Part shown: positions 46,930 to 56,731 of the stretch, one piece after another | Layout: every line of letters starts with the position of its first letter | Position numbering within the stretch: position 1 is the first letter of the stretch | Origin: Patescibacteria group bacterium | GTDB lineage: Bacteria > Patescibacteriota > Patescibacteriia > Magasanikbacterales > GWA2-37-8 | Assembly: GCA_004321885.1 (NCBI GenBank) | Contig: SCQK01000007.1 | Coordinates: 96,001 to 160,000 of the forward strand | Reading direction: 5' to 3' | DNA: 64,000 nt | The notes under the pieces: generated by a model | Seen by the model: only the letters and a program-made list of their open reading frames with translations | Told to the model about the DNA's origin: nothing | Database searches by the model: none | Translations under genes and position numbers: made by a program

Positions 46930-47496
46930 ATGATGATACTTTACATCATTTTGCCGGTAGTGGCAATAGTGGCGGTGTGGCTGATTGCCACGTATAACGG
47001 GCTTATCCGCTCCAAAAACCGCGTGGATGAGGCATTCTCTGACATAGACGTGCAACTTAAACGCCGCTATGATTTGATTCCGAATCTGGTGGAAACCGTG
47101 AAGGGCTACATGACGCACGAGCAGAATACGCTGGTGAAATTGACCGAAGCGCGCGCCGCGGCCATGTCCGCGCATGATAATAAAAACGCTTCGCTGGCCG
47201 ACAAGGAAAAAGCCGAGAACATGTTAAGCGAAACATTAAAAAGTTTGTTCGCGGTGACGGAAAATTATCCGGACCTCAAGGCCAGCCAGAACTTCTTGCA
47301 GTTGCAGGATGAATTGAGCGATACGGAAAACAAAATTCAGGCCTCACGCCGCTTTTACAACGGCAACGTGCGCGACTTCAACACCAAGATTCAGGTGTTC
47401 CCCACCAATATGGTGGCCGGTTGGTTGAAATTCGTGAAATACGAATTTTTCCAAGCCGCCGAGGGTGAAAGACAAAACGTACAGGTGAAATTTTAA
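46930..47496 (+). CDS. lemA: LemA family protein
   Basis: N-terminal TM helix plus the conserved LemA core (YNGLIRSKNRVDEAFSDIDVQLKRRYDLIPNLVETVKGY). Confidence 0.8.
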   Translation: MMILYIILPVVAIVAVWLIATYNGLIRSKNRVDEAFSDIDVQLKRRYDLIPNLVETVKGYMTHEQNTLVKLTEARAAAMSAHDNKNASLADKEKAENMLSETLKSLFAVTENYPDLKASQNFLQLQDELSDTENKIQASRRFYNGNVRDFNTKIQVFPTNMVAGWLKFVKYEFFQAAEGERQNVQVKF

Positions 47497-47502
47497 TGGC
47501 GT

Positions 47503-48393
47503 ATGTACTCCCAAATAGATTCCAACAAGCGCAAAAGCGTCTTCTTGATGATGATATTTATCGCCTTCATCATTGTTTTGGGTTATGTCTTTGATAAGGT
47601 ATGGGGCGCGCCGGGCGCGTATAGCGGTGTGTTTTTCGCTATCTTTATTTCGCTCCTCATGACCATGATTTCATATTTTAGCGGCGACAAAATCGCGCTC
47701 CTCACCACCGGCGCCAAACCGATAATAAAAGAAGAAAACCGCTACCTGTACAACATGGTGGAAAATCTCTGCATCACATCGGGTATGCCCGTGCCGAAAA
47801 TATATATCATTGAAGACGAGGCAATAAACGCTTTCGCCACCGGGCGCAAACCGGAGTTGTCTTCCATCGCTGTAACTACCGGGGCAATAAAAAAATTGGC
47901 CAACGAGGAGCTGGAAGGGGTGCTGGCGCACGAATTGTCGCATATAAAAAATTACGACATCCGCTTCATGATGCTGGTGGCGGTGATGGTGGGCTCCATA
48001 GCTATTCTCTCGGATATTTTTATGCGCGCGCGCTGGTTTGGCGGCGGACGGCGTTCTGATTCAGACCGCGGAGGACAAGCCGGCTCTATTTTGCTTATTG
48101 CCGGCGTGATTCTGGCCATTCTCTCGCCCTTAATCGCCGAACTGATCAAGCTGTCTATTTCACGCAAACGCGAATATCTGGCCGACGCCTCGGGTTCTCT
48201 GCTCACCCGCTACCCCGAAGGTCTAGCGCGGGCTCTGGAAAAAATAGCGTCCGAAAACCGGCCCATGGCGCACGCCTCCAAGGCCACGGCTCACCTTTTT
48301 ATCGCCAATCCTTTCAGCGGCCGCAAAGTGGCCGCCTTGTTCTCCACCCATCCGCCGATTGAGGAAAGAATAAAAATCCTGCGGGGAATGTAA
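47503..48393 (+). CDS. htpX: Zinc metalloprotease HtpX (peptidase M48)
   Basis: HELSHIKNYD (HExxH) plus a downstream Glu (EYLADASG) and four TM segments; the classic lemA-htpX pairing. Confidence 0.85.
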   Translation: MYSQIDSNKRKSVFLMMIFIAFIIVLGYVFDKVWGAPGAYSGVFFAIFISLLMTMISYFSGDKIALLTTGAKPIIKEENRYLYNMVENLCITSGMPVPKIYIIEDEAINAFATGRKPELSSIAVTTGAIKKLANEELEGVLAHELSHIKNYDIRFMMLVAVMVGSIAILSDIFMRARWFGGGRRSDSDRGGQAGSILLIAGVILAILSPLIAELIKLSISRKREYLADASGSLLTRYPEGLARALEKIASENRPMAHASKATAHLFIANPFSGRKVAALFSTHPPIEERIKILRGM

Positions 48394-48436
48394 TTTCCCT
48401 CCCCTTTATAAGGGGAGGGATAGGGAGGGGTAAATT

Positions 48437-48943
48437 ATGCTTTCCATCAAACTCCATCGCCAAAAACCCGGACTGTGCGGACCGGCTTGCCTGAAAATGG
48501 CGCTGGAATTTTTTTCGGCCAAAGGCCGACCCGCCTTTGGCGGGGGCAAAAGCGAAGCCGAATTGACGCGACTGGCCAAAGGCACAAAAAACAAAGGCAC
48601 AAACGCGGCTGATTTACTGGGCGTGGCGCGCTCACTCGGGTTTGATGGATTTATTAAGGACTCCGCGGAAATAAAAGACATAAAAAAATTTGTTGTAAAC
48701 AACAAAATCCCCGTTATAGTGGATTGGTTTTCTCGCGACGACGGCCATTACAGCGTGGTCGTTGACGTTGATAACAAAAATATTTTTCTGGCCGACCCGG
48801 AAACGGCGAAAATAAAAAAGATTGATTTAAAAACTTTCAAACGCGTCTGGTTTGATTTCCCGGGCGATTTTCTAAAAACCAAAAACGAAATTATTATCCG
48901 AAGGATGATTGTCATTTGGCCGACCAATTTCCTCTCCCCTTGA
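48437..48943 (+). CDS. Papain-like peptidase C39-like domain protein
   Basis: Catalytic Cys in GLCGPACLKMAL and a His in DGHYSVVVDV, typical of the C39 / peptidase_C39_2 fold; no ABC transporter partner nearby. Confidence 0.5.
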   Translation: MLSIKLHRQKPGLCGPACLKMALEFFSAKGRPAFGGGKSEAELTRLAKGTKNKGTNAADLLGVARSLGFDGFIKDSAEIKDIKKFVVNNKIPVIVDWFSRDDGHYSVVVDVDNKNIFLADPETAKIKKIDLKTFKRVWFDFPGDFLKTKNEIIIRRMIVIWPTNFLSP

Positions 48944-49045
48944 TAAGAGGAGAGCGAGAGAGGGGTATCGCGGTTTCCCCTCCCCTTTTTAAGGGGAGGG
49001 TGAGGGATGAGTAATCGTCAATTCCCCCGCCCCTTTATAAGGGGC
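48935..49045. repeat. Three tandem family D GGGGAGGG hairpins
   Basis: cctctccccttgataagaggagag, cccctcccctttttaaggggaggg and cccccgcccctttataaggggcgggcggggg variants. Confidence 0.8.
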
Positions 49046-49074
49046 GGGCGGGGGTGGGGTAAACAATCGCCAGT

Positions 49075-49509
49075 ATGCCAACAAAATTTTACAACAAACC
49101 GATTCTTAAAAAAATCAGGAGCAAACTTCGTAATGAGATGACAAGGGGAGAAAAAATTTTGTGGTCAAAATTGCGAAGAAAAAATTTAGAATTCAAATTC
49201 CGCAGACAATACGGAATAGGAAATTACGTTCTTGATTTTTACTGTGTAGAATTGAAACTGGCGATTGAAATTGACGGGCTTTCGCACCACAGCGAGAAAG
49301 CGTTTGAAGAGGATTGCAAACGACAAAAATATTTGGAATCGTTGGGAATAACTGTAATGAGATACAACAGCGAAGATGTTTTTAAAAAATTGGAGCAGGT
49401 GGCCGAGCAAATTTATCAGACGTGTCAGAACTTAAACGCGAAATTGCCTACCCCCACCTCGCCTCCCCCTTATAAAGGGGGAGAAAGTCGGCGATTTCTC
49501 TCCCCTTGA
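49075..49509 (+). CDS. DUF559 / Vsr-like endonuclease domain protein
   Basis: LRRKNLEFKFRRQYGIGNYVLDFYCVELKLAIEIDGLSHH...D..R...LESLGITVMRYNSEDV is a classic DUF559 (PD-(D/E)xK, Vsr-like) signature; the C-terminal tail is translated from a GGGGAGGG hairpin. Confidence 0.7.
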   Translation: MPTKFYNKPILKKIRSKLRNEMTRGEKILWSKLRRKNLEFKFRRQYGIGNYVLDFYCVELKLAIEIDGLSHHSEKAFEEDCKRQKYLESLGITVMRYNSEDVFKKLEQVAEQIYQTCQNLNAKLPTPTSPPPYKGGESRRFLSP

Positions 49510-49554
49510 TAAGGGGAGAGCGAGAGAGGGGTAAACACTCTTACTCACACTAAA

Positions 49555-49833
49555 TTATTTTTTCTTCCACGGGTCTTCTACATCCGATAAAGACGGAATT
49601 TTTTTATGTTTTTTAGCAATTGCAGCAGCTGCTCGCTTCAAATCTTCTGTAGCGTCAGGCATTTCGTTTACAGAAGGGACCTGGACCCTAAGAAGTTGAA
49701 TGTCTTTATATAACGTTCCGTCACTGGTTCTAACTGCGTAGTAAGTAAAAGCATTCGGATCTGGATATTTTTTTGGTTGTATAACCCTGACCTCTACGAT
49801 TGTCCCTAAACTTTGGCCGTTTACGACGATCAT
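49555..49833 (-). CDS. Hypothetical small protein (92 aa)
   Basis: The only ORF of any length in a 570-bp gap, and its composition is protein-like; no motif recognised. Confidence 0.35.
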   Translation of the reverse strand: MIVVNGQSLGTIVEVRVIQPKKYPDPNAFTYYAVRTSDGTLYKDIQLLRVQVPSVNEMPDATEDLKRAAAAIAKKHKKIPSLSDVEDPWKKK

Positions 49834-50121
49834 TTCTTTTCCGATCTCGGGAACATCTTTTACATAGATTGTCCCTTCTACGTATTCGCGCGGTGGTTGA
49901 TGTTCTGGTATATTAGTATTGAATTAATTTTATATAAAGTTGACCCTCATAACTAACCGCGTAGACTGATATTATACAGGCCTCATGTTTTACGGTCAAT
50001 TGGAGTTCTGCAAGACAATCTTACTCCACCCCACCTCGCCTCCCCCTTGGAGAGGAAACAACGATTACCCCTCCCCAACCCTCCCCTTATAAATGACGAT
50101 TACCCCTCTCTAACTCTCCCC

Positions 50122-51516
50122 TTATAAAGGGGAGAGAAACGACGACACTTCTTTTGTCTTATCGGTCATCAGCGACTCTGAACGCGCTTCCAAGTTGAGG
50201 CGCATTTTGTTTTCGGTGTTTGACGCGCGCACGTTAAACCACCAGTCCGGCCATTCAAAAGACAGCCCGTCAAAGTCATATTTCAAATTCGCGCCATACT
50301 TTTCCCGCAAAGCAACGAACACCGCCTGCTTGTCTTCCACCGCGAAATTGATTTCACCCGAATGAAAATACTTATACAAAGGCGCGCAATACTCGCTTAT
50401 CGTCTTCCCGCTCTCGGACAGCTCCTGCAAAATCTTCAAGAGCATTATCTCCGGCGCCTCAAAAGTGCCGTGCGGCATTTTCAAGAAAAAATGCCCGGAT
50501 GATTCGCCGGCGAACACAGCTCCGGTCTCGGCCATCTTTTCTTTTATCAGCGAATGCCCCACTTTGGTCACCATTGGTTTGCCGCCGGCCTCCACGATCA
50601 TGTCCTCGGTGATTTTGCCAGGCCGAACATCGTAGCAAATTGTCGCGCCCGGATACTCGCGCAAAAATATCTGCGCCAAAATGCCACGCACTATGGCCGG
50701 CTCTATTGTCTTGCCTTTTTCGTCAACAAAAAATACTCGGTCCGCGTCGCCATCAAGAGCCACGCCCAAATCAGCGCCGGTTTCAACAACTTTTTCTTGA
50801 AGCGCGCGGTTGTTTACATCTTTCAAAGGATCGGCCTCGTGATTTGGAAAATTACCGTCCAGTTCAAAATACAAAGGCACTAACTCGCACGGTAAATGTT
50901 TGAATAATTCTTCCATCAAAGGTCCGCCCATACCGTTGGCCGAATCAACCACCACTTTGAGTGGATTAATTTTCTTCACGTCCGCCTGGGTGAGAGCGAA
51001 GGCGATGTGATCCGCGATGACGTTTTCTTTTTTTGACAATACCCCCTTCTCACCTCCCCCTTGTAAAGGGGGAGGGATTGCGCCACCCGCGATCATATCG
51101 CGGATTTCCATTATTCCGGTATCTCCACTTATCGGACCGGCCGCGGCGCGCACCATCTTAAACCCGTTATACTTCGCCGGATTGTGTGAGGCCGATACTT
51201 GCAAGCCGCCGTCATAGCCGTAATGGGCCACGGAAAAATAAAAAGTCGGCGTGGAAACCAAACCAACGTCAATCACGTTCACGCCTTGCTCCAAAATTCC
51301 TTTGATAACCGCGTTTGCCAAAACCGGAGAAGAAGCGCGCATGTCGCGGCCCACAACGACTGTTACCCCTCCCTCACCCTCCCCTTGTAAAGGGGAGGGA
51401 GTGCGCCTGATAAACTCCGCGAACGCCCGCCCCACCTTAAAAGCCAAACCCTCGTTTAATTCATCCGGATACACCCCCCTGATGTCATAGGCCTTAAAAA
51501 TTTGTGCTGGAAACAT
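50122..51516 (-). CDS. Phosphoglucomutase/phosphomannomutase (alpha-D-phosphohexomutase family) with two in-frame GGGGAGGG hairpin insertions
   Basis: Active-site SASHNPAKYNGFK, metal-binding GDADRVFFVDEKG and sugar-binding GESSGH. Hairpins at 51050-51078 and 51378-51400 are translated as PPLQGGGEKG and SPLQGEGEGG. Confidence 0.85.
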   Translation of the reverse strand: MFPAQIFKAYDIRGVYPDELNEGLAFKVGRAFAEFIRRTPSPLQGEGEGGVTVVVGRDMRASSPVLANAVIKGILEQGVNVIDVGLVSTPTFYFSVAHYGYDGGLQVSASHNPAKYNGFKMVRAAAGPISGDTGIMEIRDMIAGGAIPPPLQGGGEKGVLSKKENVIADHIAFALTQADVKKINPLKVVVDSANGMGGPLMEELFKHLPCELVPLYFELDGNFPNHEADPLKDVNNRALQEKVVETGADLGVALDGDADRVFFVDEKGKTIEPAIVRGILAQIFLREYPGATICYDVRPGKITEDMIVEAGGKPMVTKVGHSLIKEKMAETGAVFAGESSGHFFLKMPHGTFEAPEIMLLKILQELSESGKTISEYCAPLYKYFHSGEINFAVEDKQAVFVALREKYGANLKYDFDGLSFEWPDWWFNVRASNTENKMRLNLEARSESLMTDKTKEVSSFLSPL

Positions 51517-51637
51517 AATTTTGCTTGAAATATTAATGCAAGTACTATATAATAATAATGTAAATTGGGCAAGGTTTATTTCTGGATTCCCGCTCCCTGT
51601 TCAGAGCCAGGGACAAGTTTCGTGGGAATAACAAACT

Positions 51638-54022
51638 ATGAACATCATGGACCGTTTTTCCACTCATCTGCGCGAGGCGCTGGTGCGCGGCATCCGCCTG
51701 GCCACCGAGCTGGGCAACGAACAGGTAGAGCCCGCGCATTTGTTGTTCGCGCTCTTTACCCAAAAAGGGTCCGTGGCCGCCGAAATGCTGGTCAAATTCA
51801 AGATTGATTCCAAAACTATTGAACGCGCCATCATGGACCTGCCCTCCAGAAAAAGCGAACGTCAGGAAGGATTCAACGCGCAAATCATCATCACCCCCCT
51901 CTCGGCCGGCGCCAAAGCAGCTATGGAAAAGGCCATCTTATCCGCCCAGGAAAACAGCCACAACTACATCGGCACCGAGCATTTGCTTTACGCGCTTATA
52001 AAAATCAAAGACAATATTTTGGAAAATATTTTCTCCGCCAGCAACACCGACGAGCGCGAACTGTTGGCGCAAGTGGAATCCTTGCTCGCCAACTCCACCA
52101 AATTTCCGGCCATCAGCGAAATGGCCGACATCTTTGAAAAAATCCAAGAAAATTTGGAAGAAAATTTTCTGCCGCCGTCCGCTCCGCGGCCAAACGACAA
52201 AAATAAAAATAAGAAAAAAAACGGGGCCCTGGAATATTTTGCCGCCAATCTCACCAGCCCCGACATCCAAAAATACATTGACCCGGTCATCGGCCGCCAA
52301 GCCGAAATAGAACGTCTGGAGCATATCCTTTGCCGCCGCACCAAAAACAACCCCATCTTGCTCGGCGACCCTGGTGTGGGCAAGACCGCCATTGTGGAAG
52401 GCATGGCCAAAAAAATCCTGGCCAACGACGTGCCTGACATACTGCTGAACAAAAAAATCTATTCGCTGGATATGGGCCTCCTCATCGCCGGCACCATTTA
52501 TCGCGGCGAGTTTGAGGCGCGCATCAAGCAAATCATAGACGAGGTAGCGGCCAATCCCGACATCATTCTTTTCATAGATGAAATCCACAACATCGTGGGC
52601 ACCGGCTCCAATCAGGGCACCATGGACGCGGCCAATATCCTAAAACCGGCCCTGGCCCGCGGGCAAATCCGCTGTATCGGCGCCACCACCCCGGGCGAAT
52701 ACAAAAAATACATTGAAAGCGACCCGGCCCTGGAGCGCCGCTTCCAGCCCATCTACATCAAACAGCCGAGCGTGGAAGAAACTATCAAAATTTTAAGCGG
52801 GGTGCGCAAAAATTACGAACAGTACCACAATCTTAAAATCACCAACTCGGCCATAGAAGCGGCCGTAAAACTCTCCGACCGTTTTATCGCCAATAAACTT
52901 TTGCCGGACAAGGCCATAGATTTACTGGATGAAACCGGCGCGGCCAAGCGTCTGAAAACGCGCTTGCCGCTGGCGGAAAAAATTCATCGCTTCGGCATTA
53001 TTACGGCCGACGACGTAGCCAGACAGCTGGCCAAAATCATCCAAACGCCGGTTGATTCATTGTTGTTAAACGAAAAAGAAAGGCTGGTCTCGCTGGAAGA
53101 CGAGCTGAAAAAATATATCGTGGGCCAAGACGAAACCATCGGCGGGGTGAGCAAGTTTATCCGGCAGGCGCAACTGCAGTTGTCTAATCCCAACCGGCCC
53201 ATGGCTTCGTTTCTGTTTGTCGGCGAAAGCGGGGTGGGCAAAACCGAGCTGGCCAAAGTGATGGCGCAGGCGCTTTATCCCGGCCGCGAGGCGCTCATTA
53301 AGCTGGACATGAGCGAATTCAGCGAAAGCCACAGCGTTTCCAAACTCTTGGGCTCGCCGGCCGGCTATGTGGGCTATCGCGAAAGCAACCAATTGATAGA
53401 CGCGCTAAAAATAAACCCGTACAGCGTGATTTTGTTTGATGAAATAGACAAAGCGCACAAAGACGTTTCCAAATTGCTTTTGCAAATGCTGGAAAACGGC
53501 GAGGCCACTGATTCTTCGGGCAAAAAAGTTTCACTAAAACATTCTGTCATAGTGCTCACCACTTCCTGGGGAGCGCAGGATATCAAAAAATCCGCTTTCG
53601 GATTCAGTGGTAGTAAAACGGACAACAACTGTCATTCCCGCGAAAGCGGGAATCCAGTCGCCAAGGAAACCGAATCCCGCCTCAAAGAAAAACTGAAAGA
53701 ATTTTTCTCGGCCGAACTCATCAATCGGCTGGACAAAATCTTCTTGTTTAATAATTTATCGGCCGAAGATCTCGGTAAAATCGGCCAAATGGAAATTGAA
53801 CGGCTGAACGAACGCCTGAAAAGATACAAAACCGCGGTGGCGGCCGAGCCGGAATTTTTGGACTGGCTTACGCGGGTATCGGCCAAAAACAGCAACGCGC
53901 GCGATGTGCGTCAGGAGGTGCGCGGGGCCATAGAAAACCTGATGGCTGAAATTATTCTCGCCGAAAACATCAAAGACGGCTACTCGCTTTTTGTGGAAGA
54001 AGACCGAATAAGAATACGGTAA
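51638..54022 (+). CDS. clpC: ATP-dependent Clp protease ATP-binding subunit (ClpC-like AAA+ with two nucleotide-binding domains)
   Basis: Clp_N repeats, Walker A1 [13 protein letters not shown] and Walker A2 [12 protein letters not shown], ClpB/ClpC D2 small domain; an in-frame repeat (53629-53657) is translated [10 protein letters not shown]. Confidence 0.85.
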   Translation: MNIMDRFSTHLREALVRGIRLATELGNEQVEPAHLLFALFTQKGSVAAEMLVKFKIDSKTIERAIMDLPSRKSERQEGFNAQIIITPLSAGAKAAMEKAILSAQENSHNYIGTEHLLYALIKIKDNILENIFSASNTDERELLAQVESLLANSTKFPAISEMADIFEKIQENLEENFLPPSAPRPNDKNKNKKKNGALEYFAANLTSPDIQKYIDPVIGRQAEIERLEHILCRRTKNNPILLGDPGVGKTAIVEGMAKKILANDVPDILLNKKIYSLDMGLLIAGTIYRGEFEARIKQIIDEVAANPDIILFIDEIHNIVGTGSNQGTMDAANILKPALARGQIRCIGATTPGEYKKYIESDPALERRFQPIYIKQPSVEETIKILSGVRKNYEQYHNLKITNSAIEAAVKLSDRFIANKLLPDKAIDLLDETGAAKRLKTRLPLAEKIHRFGIITADDVARQLAKIIQTPVDSLLLNEKERLVSLEDELKKYIVGQDETIGGVSKFIRQAQLQLSNPNRPMASFLFVGESGVGKTELAKVMAQALYPGREALIKLDMSEFSESHSVSKLLGSPAGYVGYRESNQLIDALKINPYSVILFDEIDKAHKDVSKLLLQMLENGEATDSSGKKVSLKHSVIVLTTSWGAQDIKKSAFGFSGSKTDNNCHSRESGNPVAKETESRLKEKLKEFFSAELINRLDKIFLFNNLSAEDLGKIGQMEIERLNERLKRYKTAVAAEPEFLDWLTRVSAKNSNARDVRQEVRGAIENLMAEIILAENIKDGYSLFVEEDRIRIR

Positions 54023-54108
54023 ACCGCGCGAACCCCCTCCCCTATTAGGGGAGGGGGAACCCAATTACTCCTCCCCCTTTTAGGGGGAGGATAAAGGAGG
54101 GGGTATTT

Positions 54109-54705
54109 ATGCCACAACAAAACTATGCACAACCATTAGTACAAGAACAGCCCGACCCAATGGCGCCTGATGTCTATGGCGAAGGACCCGCGCGCGCAAC
54201 TGAATCGGAAGAATCCGACGAGCAAAAAGCCGCGCGCGAAGCCGAAGAGGAAGAACGGGAAAACGACCTCGCGCAAAAACGGCAAAAAGACCGCGTGGGC
54301 ACTGGCGTTCGCGGAGCCGTCAATCAAAGCAAGTTCGCCCAAAAAGCTATGGAAATAAAAAATTTTCGCAAAATTAAAAATATAAAAAAAGAAATTCAAG
54401 AAAATGAAAAGGAGAAAACCAAGAAAGAAAAAGAAATAAAAAAAATCAGAAGAAAAATTTTCTGGGGCTGGGTCAGAACCATTGGACTGGTGATAATTAC
54501 GGGCGGCGTAGGCACTTTCATGCTTTTGAAAAAAATGTGGGATTCAAAATCTGAACAGGATAAAATTAAAAAATTAAAAAAGGAAATAAAAGATTTGGAG
54601 AAAAAAATGAAAGAAAAAGAAGAGCAGGTTCAGGATTTAATGATAATTTGGAAGAAAAAACAGCGCGAACAGCCGCAGGAATTTGATAACGCTCCGGCGT
54701 ATTAA
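54109..54705 (+). CDS. Hypothetical Lys/Glu-rich protein with one TM helix
   Basis: Acidic N-terminus, a central TM helix (WVRTIGLVIITGGVGTFMLL) and K/E-rich coiled-coil-like flanks; good Shine-Dalgarno (aaggagggggt). Confidence 0.5.
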   Translation: MPQQNYAQPLVQEQPDPMAPDVYGEGPARATESEESDEQKAAREAEEEERENDLAQKRQKDRVGTGVRGAVNQSKFAQKAMEIKNFRKIKNIKKEIQENEKEKTKKEKEIKKIRRKIFWGWVRTIGLVIITGGVGTFMLLKKMWDSKSEQDKIKKLKKEIKDLEKKMKEKEEQVQDLMIIWKKKQREQPQEFDNAPAY

Positions 54706-54731
54706 ATAAAATTTTATTGTATTCATAAAGC

Positions 54732-55961
54732 TTGTCAATGAATATGTCCGTCAAAAAAATTTTCCTCATCGTCCTCCTGCTTCTGGTGGCGGTTCTTATC
54801 GGTATCGGGCTTTATAAAATGTTTATTGGCGCCAAGCCGGCCGCCAAAATCCCCTATCAACCGCCCGCACCCATTACCCCGGGCGTACTGCCGCCCTCGG
54901 GCGCGCGCACTACGACCGGCGCGGGCGTTCCCGCGGGCGCCATTTTGCCTTCGGCCGGTTTTATGGTGCAAACCTCCACCCCGGCCGGATTCTACAAAGC
55001 CGAGCCAGTCACCCAAATCAGCGCCGACTACGCGGTTTATCCTTCACTGAACCAAACCGGCGGCTTCCGTTATTACAACGCGGCCGACGGCAAATTTTAC
55101 GACATCCGAAACGGCAAAATTACTCCCCTTTCGGACCAGGTCTTTTACAACGCTTCAAACGTCACCTGGGCCAAAAACCGTGACATTGTCGTGATAGAAT
55201 ATCCGGACCAGTCAAAAATCATCTACAATTTTGAAACCGAAAAGCAGGTAACTTTGCCCAAACACTGGAGCGAATTTTCTTTTTCTCCCGAAGGCAAAGA
55301 GATCGCGGCCAAAAGCATTGGCCTGGCCCCGGAAAATCGCTGGTTGGTTACCACGCGAGACGACGGCACCGGCACCAAAACCATAGAACCCATGGGAAAC
55401 AACGCCGACCGCGTGCTGGTGGACTGGTCTCCCAGCCGGCAAGCCGTGGCTTTTTCGCGCACCGGCGAGCCCCTTGGCGCCGAACGCCAGGAAATTTTGC
55501 TCGTTGGCCTGAACGGCGAAAATTTCAAATCCTTGGTGGTTGAGGGCGAAAACTTTTTGCCCAAATGGTCTACCACCGGCAAAAAATTATTATACAGCGT
55601 GGACAGTTCGCGCACGGATTTTAATCCCGAACTCTGGATAAGCGACGCCTATGGCGACCGCATCGGCGATAACAGACAAACCTTAAAATTAAACACCTGG
55701 GCCGACAAGTGCGCTTTCGCGAGCGACGATGCTTTGTACTGCGCCGTGCCCAAAGAATTGCCCCAGGGCGCGGGCATGGCGCGCGACATTGCCAACGGCC
55801 TGGCCGACGAATTGTACAAAATTGACCTGCGCACCGGTCTCAAAACAGTCGTGCCCCTGGGCGGCGATTACAATATCACCAATATTTCTTTTGATGCCGC
55901 CAAATCCGCGTTGTATTTCACGGATTTAAATAAGAGCGGGGTGTTTGAAAGCAAATTATGA
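54732..55961 (+). CDS. Membrane-anchored protein with PD40/TolB-like beta-propeller region
   Basis: N-terminal TM helix, a Pro-rich linker, then repeated motifs resembling TolB/PD40 blades. Confidence 0.45.
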   Translation: MSMNMSVKKIFLIVLLLLVAVLIGIGLYKMFIGAKPAAKIPYQPPAPITPGVLPPSGARTTTGAGVPAGAILPSAGFMVQTSTPAGFYKAEPVTQISADYAVYPSLNQTGGFRYYNAADGKFYDIRNGKITPLSDQVFYNASNVTWAKNRDIVVIEYPDQSKIIYNFETEKQVTLPKHWSEFSFSPEGKEIAAKSIGLAPENRWLVTTRDDGTGTKTIEPMGNNADRVLVDWSPSRQAVAFSRTGEPLGAERQEILLVGLNGENFKSLVVEGENFLPKWSTTGKKLLYSVDSSRTDFNPELWISDAYGDRIGDNRQTLKLNTWADKCAFASDDALYCAVPKELPQGAGMARDIANGLADELYKIDLRTGLKTVVPLGGDYNITNISFDAAKSALYFTDLNKSGVFESKL

Positions 55962-56611
55962 CCAAAAAATTTTTCTTGGTGCTCGGCTTAATTCTTATTG
56001 CGACCGGTCTTTTATTCTACAAGCAAATCCGCCGCGCCCTCGGCATTACTGTCACGCCCAATGCCCTGCCGCTTATTGAATTTACCAGCGTCAATATTCC
56101 AGAAGGCGGTTTCACTCCTGTTTTGGGCAACCCGGGCGCGGACATCACCGTAGTGGAATTCGCGGACTTTGCCTGCGGCGAGTGTAAAAAAATTCATTAC
56201 GGTTTAAGCGATTACATCGCAAAAAACCCGCAAAAGGCGCGCCTGATTTGGCGAGGCGTGCCGGCCGGAAAATGGTACGCGGCCGGAAACACACTATCTC
56301 ACCAGGCCTCTTATTGCGCCGACAAGCAGGGCAAATTTTGGCAATTCGCGGCCATGGCCATGTCTGATAAAAATAATCTAACCGAAGCCGGACTGAAAAA
56401 AATGGCTGAGGGTTTGAATCTAAATTTGGTTGCCTGGGGGCGCTGTGCCAACTCCGAAGAAGCCAAACAGGCGGTAACAGCGAACTCCGACATTGCCGCC
56501 GGTCTCGGCATCCGCGCGCTGCCGGGCATTTTTATTAACAACCGCCGCATCAATCTGGACGCCCAGGCCGACATCGTGGAAATTCTCAAAAAATTCGTGG
56601 AAAAAGAATAA
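55958..56611 (+). CDS. DsbA-like thiol:disulfide oxidoreductase (thioredoxin fold, membrane-anchored)
   Basis: N-terminal TM helix and the CxxC active site in FADFACGECKKIHYG. Confidence 0.7.
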   Translation: MTKKFFLVLGLILIATGLLFYKQIRRALGITVTPNALPLIEFTSVNIPEGGFTPVLGNPGADITVVEFADFACGECKKIHYGLSDYIAKNPQKARLIWRGVPAGKWYAAGNTLSHQASYCADKQGKFWQFAAMAMSDKNNLTEAGLKKMAEGLNLNLVAWGRCANSEEAKQAVTANSDIAAGLGIRALPGIFINNRRINLDAQADIVEILKKFVEKE

Positions 56612-56728
56612 AATTGCTGGGGCTCCATAGTCCGAAGTCTCGCCGCTGGCTCCATACTGTGTGTGGAGCCACAATGCACCCTGGCTCCATAGTCCCCGAC
56701 TCAATCGGGGCTGTGGAGCCAGCCATCA
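56612..56728. repeat. Family E repeat cluster (ggctccatagtcc...ggctgtggagcc)
   Basis: Three or four tandem imperfect copies, one with the ccccgactcaatcgggg core; related copies at 26925-27010 and inside rsmA (5925-6035). Confidence 0.8.
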
Positions 56729-56731
56729 ATT

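Noticed and set aside
49921-50120. Small ORF MFYGQLEFCKTILLHPTSPPPWRGNNDYPSPTLPL in the pgm downstream spacer
   Set aside because: It is composed almost entirely of translated GGGGAGGG hairpin repeats; no Shine-Dalgarno.
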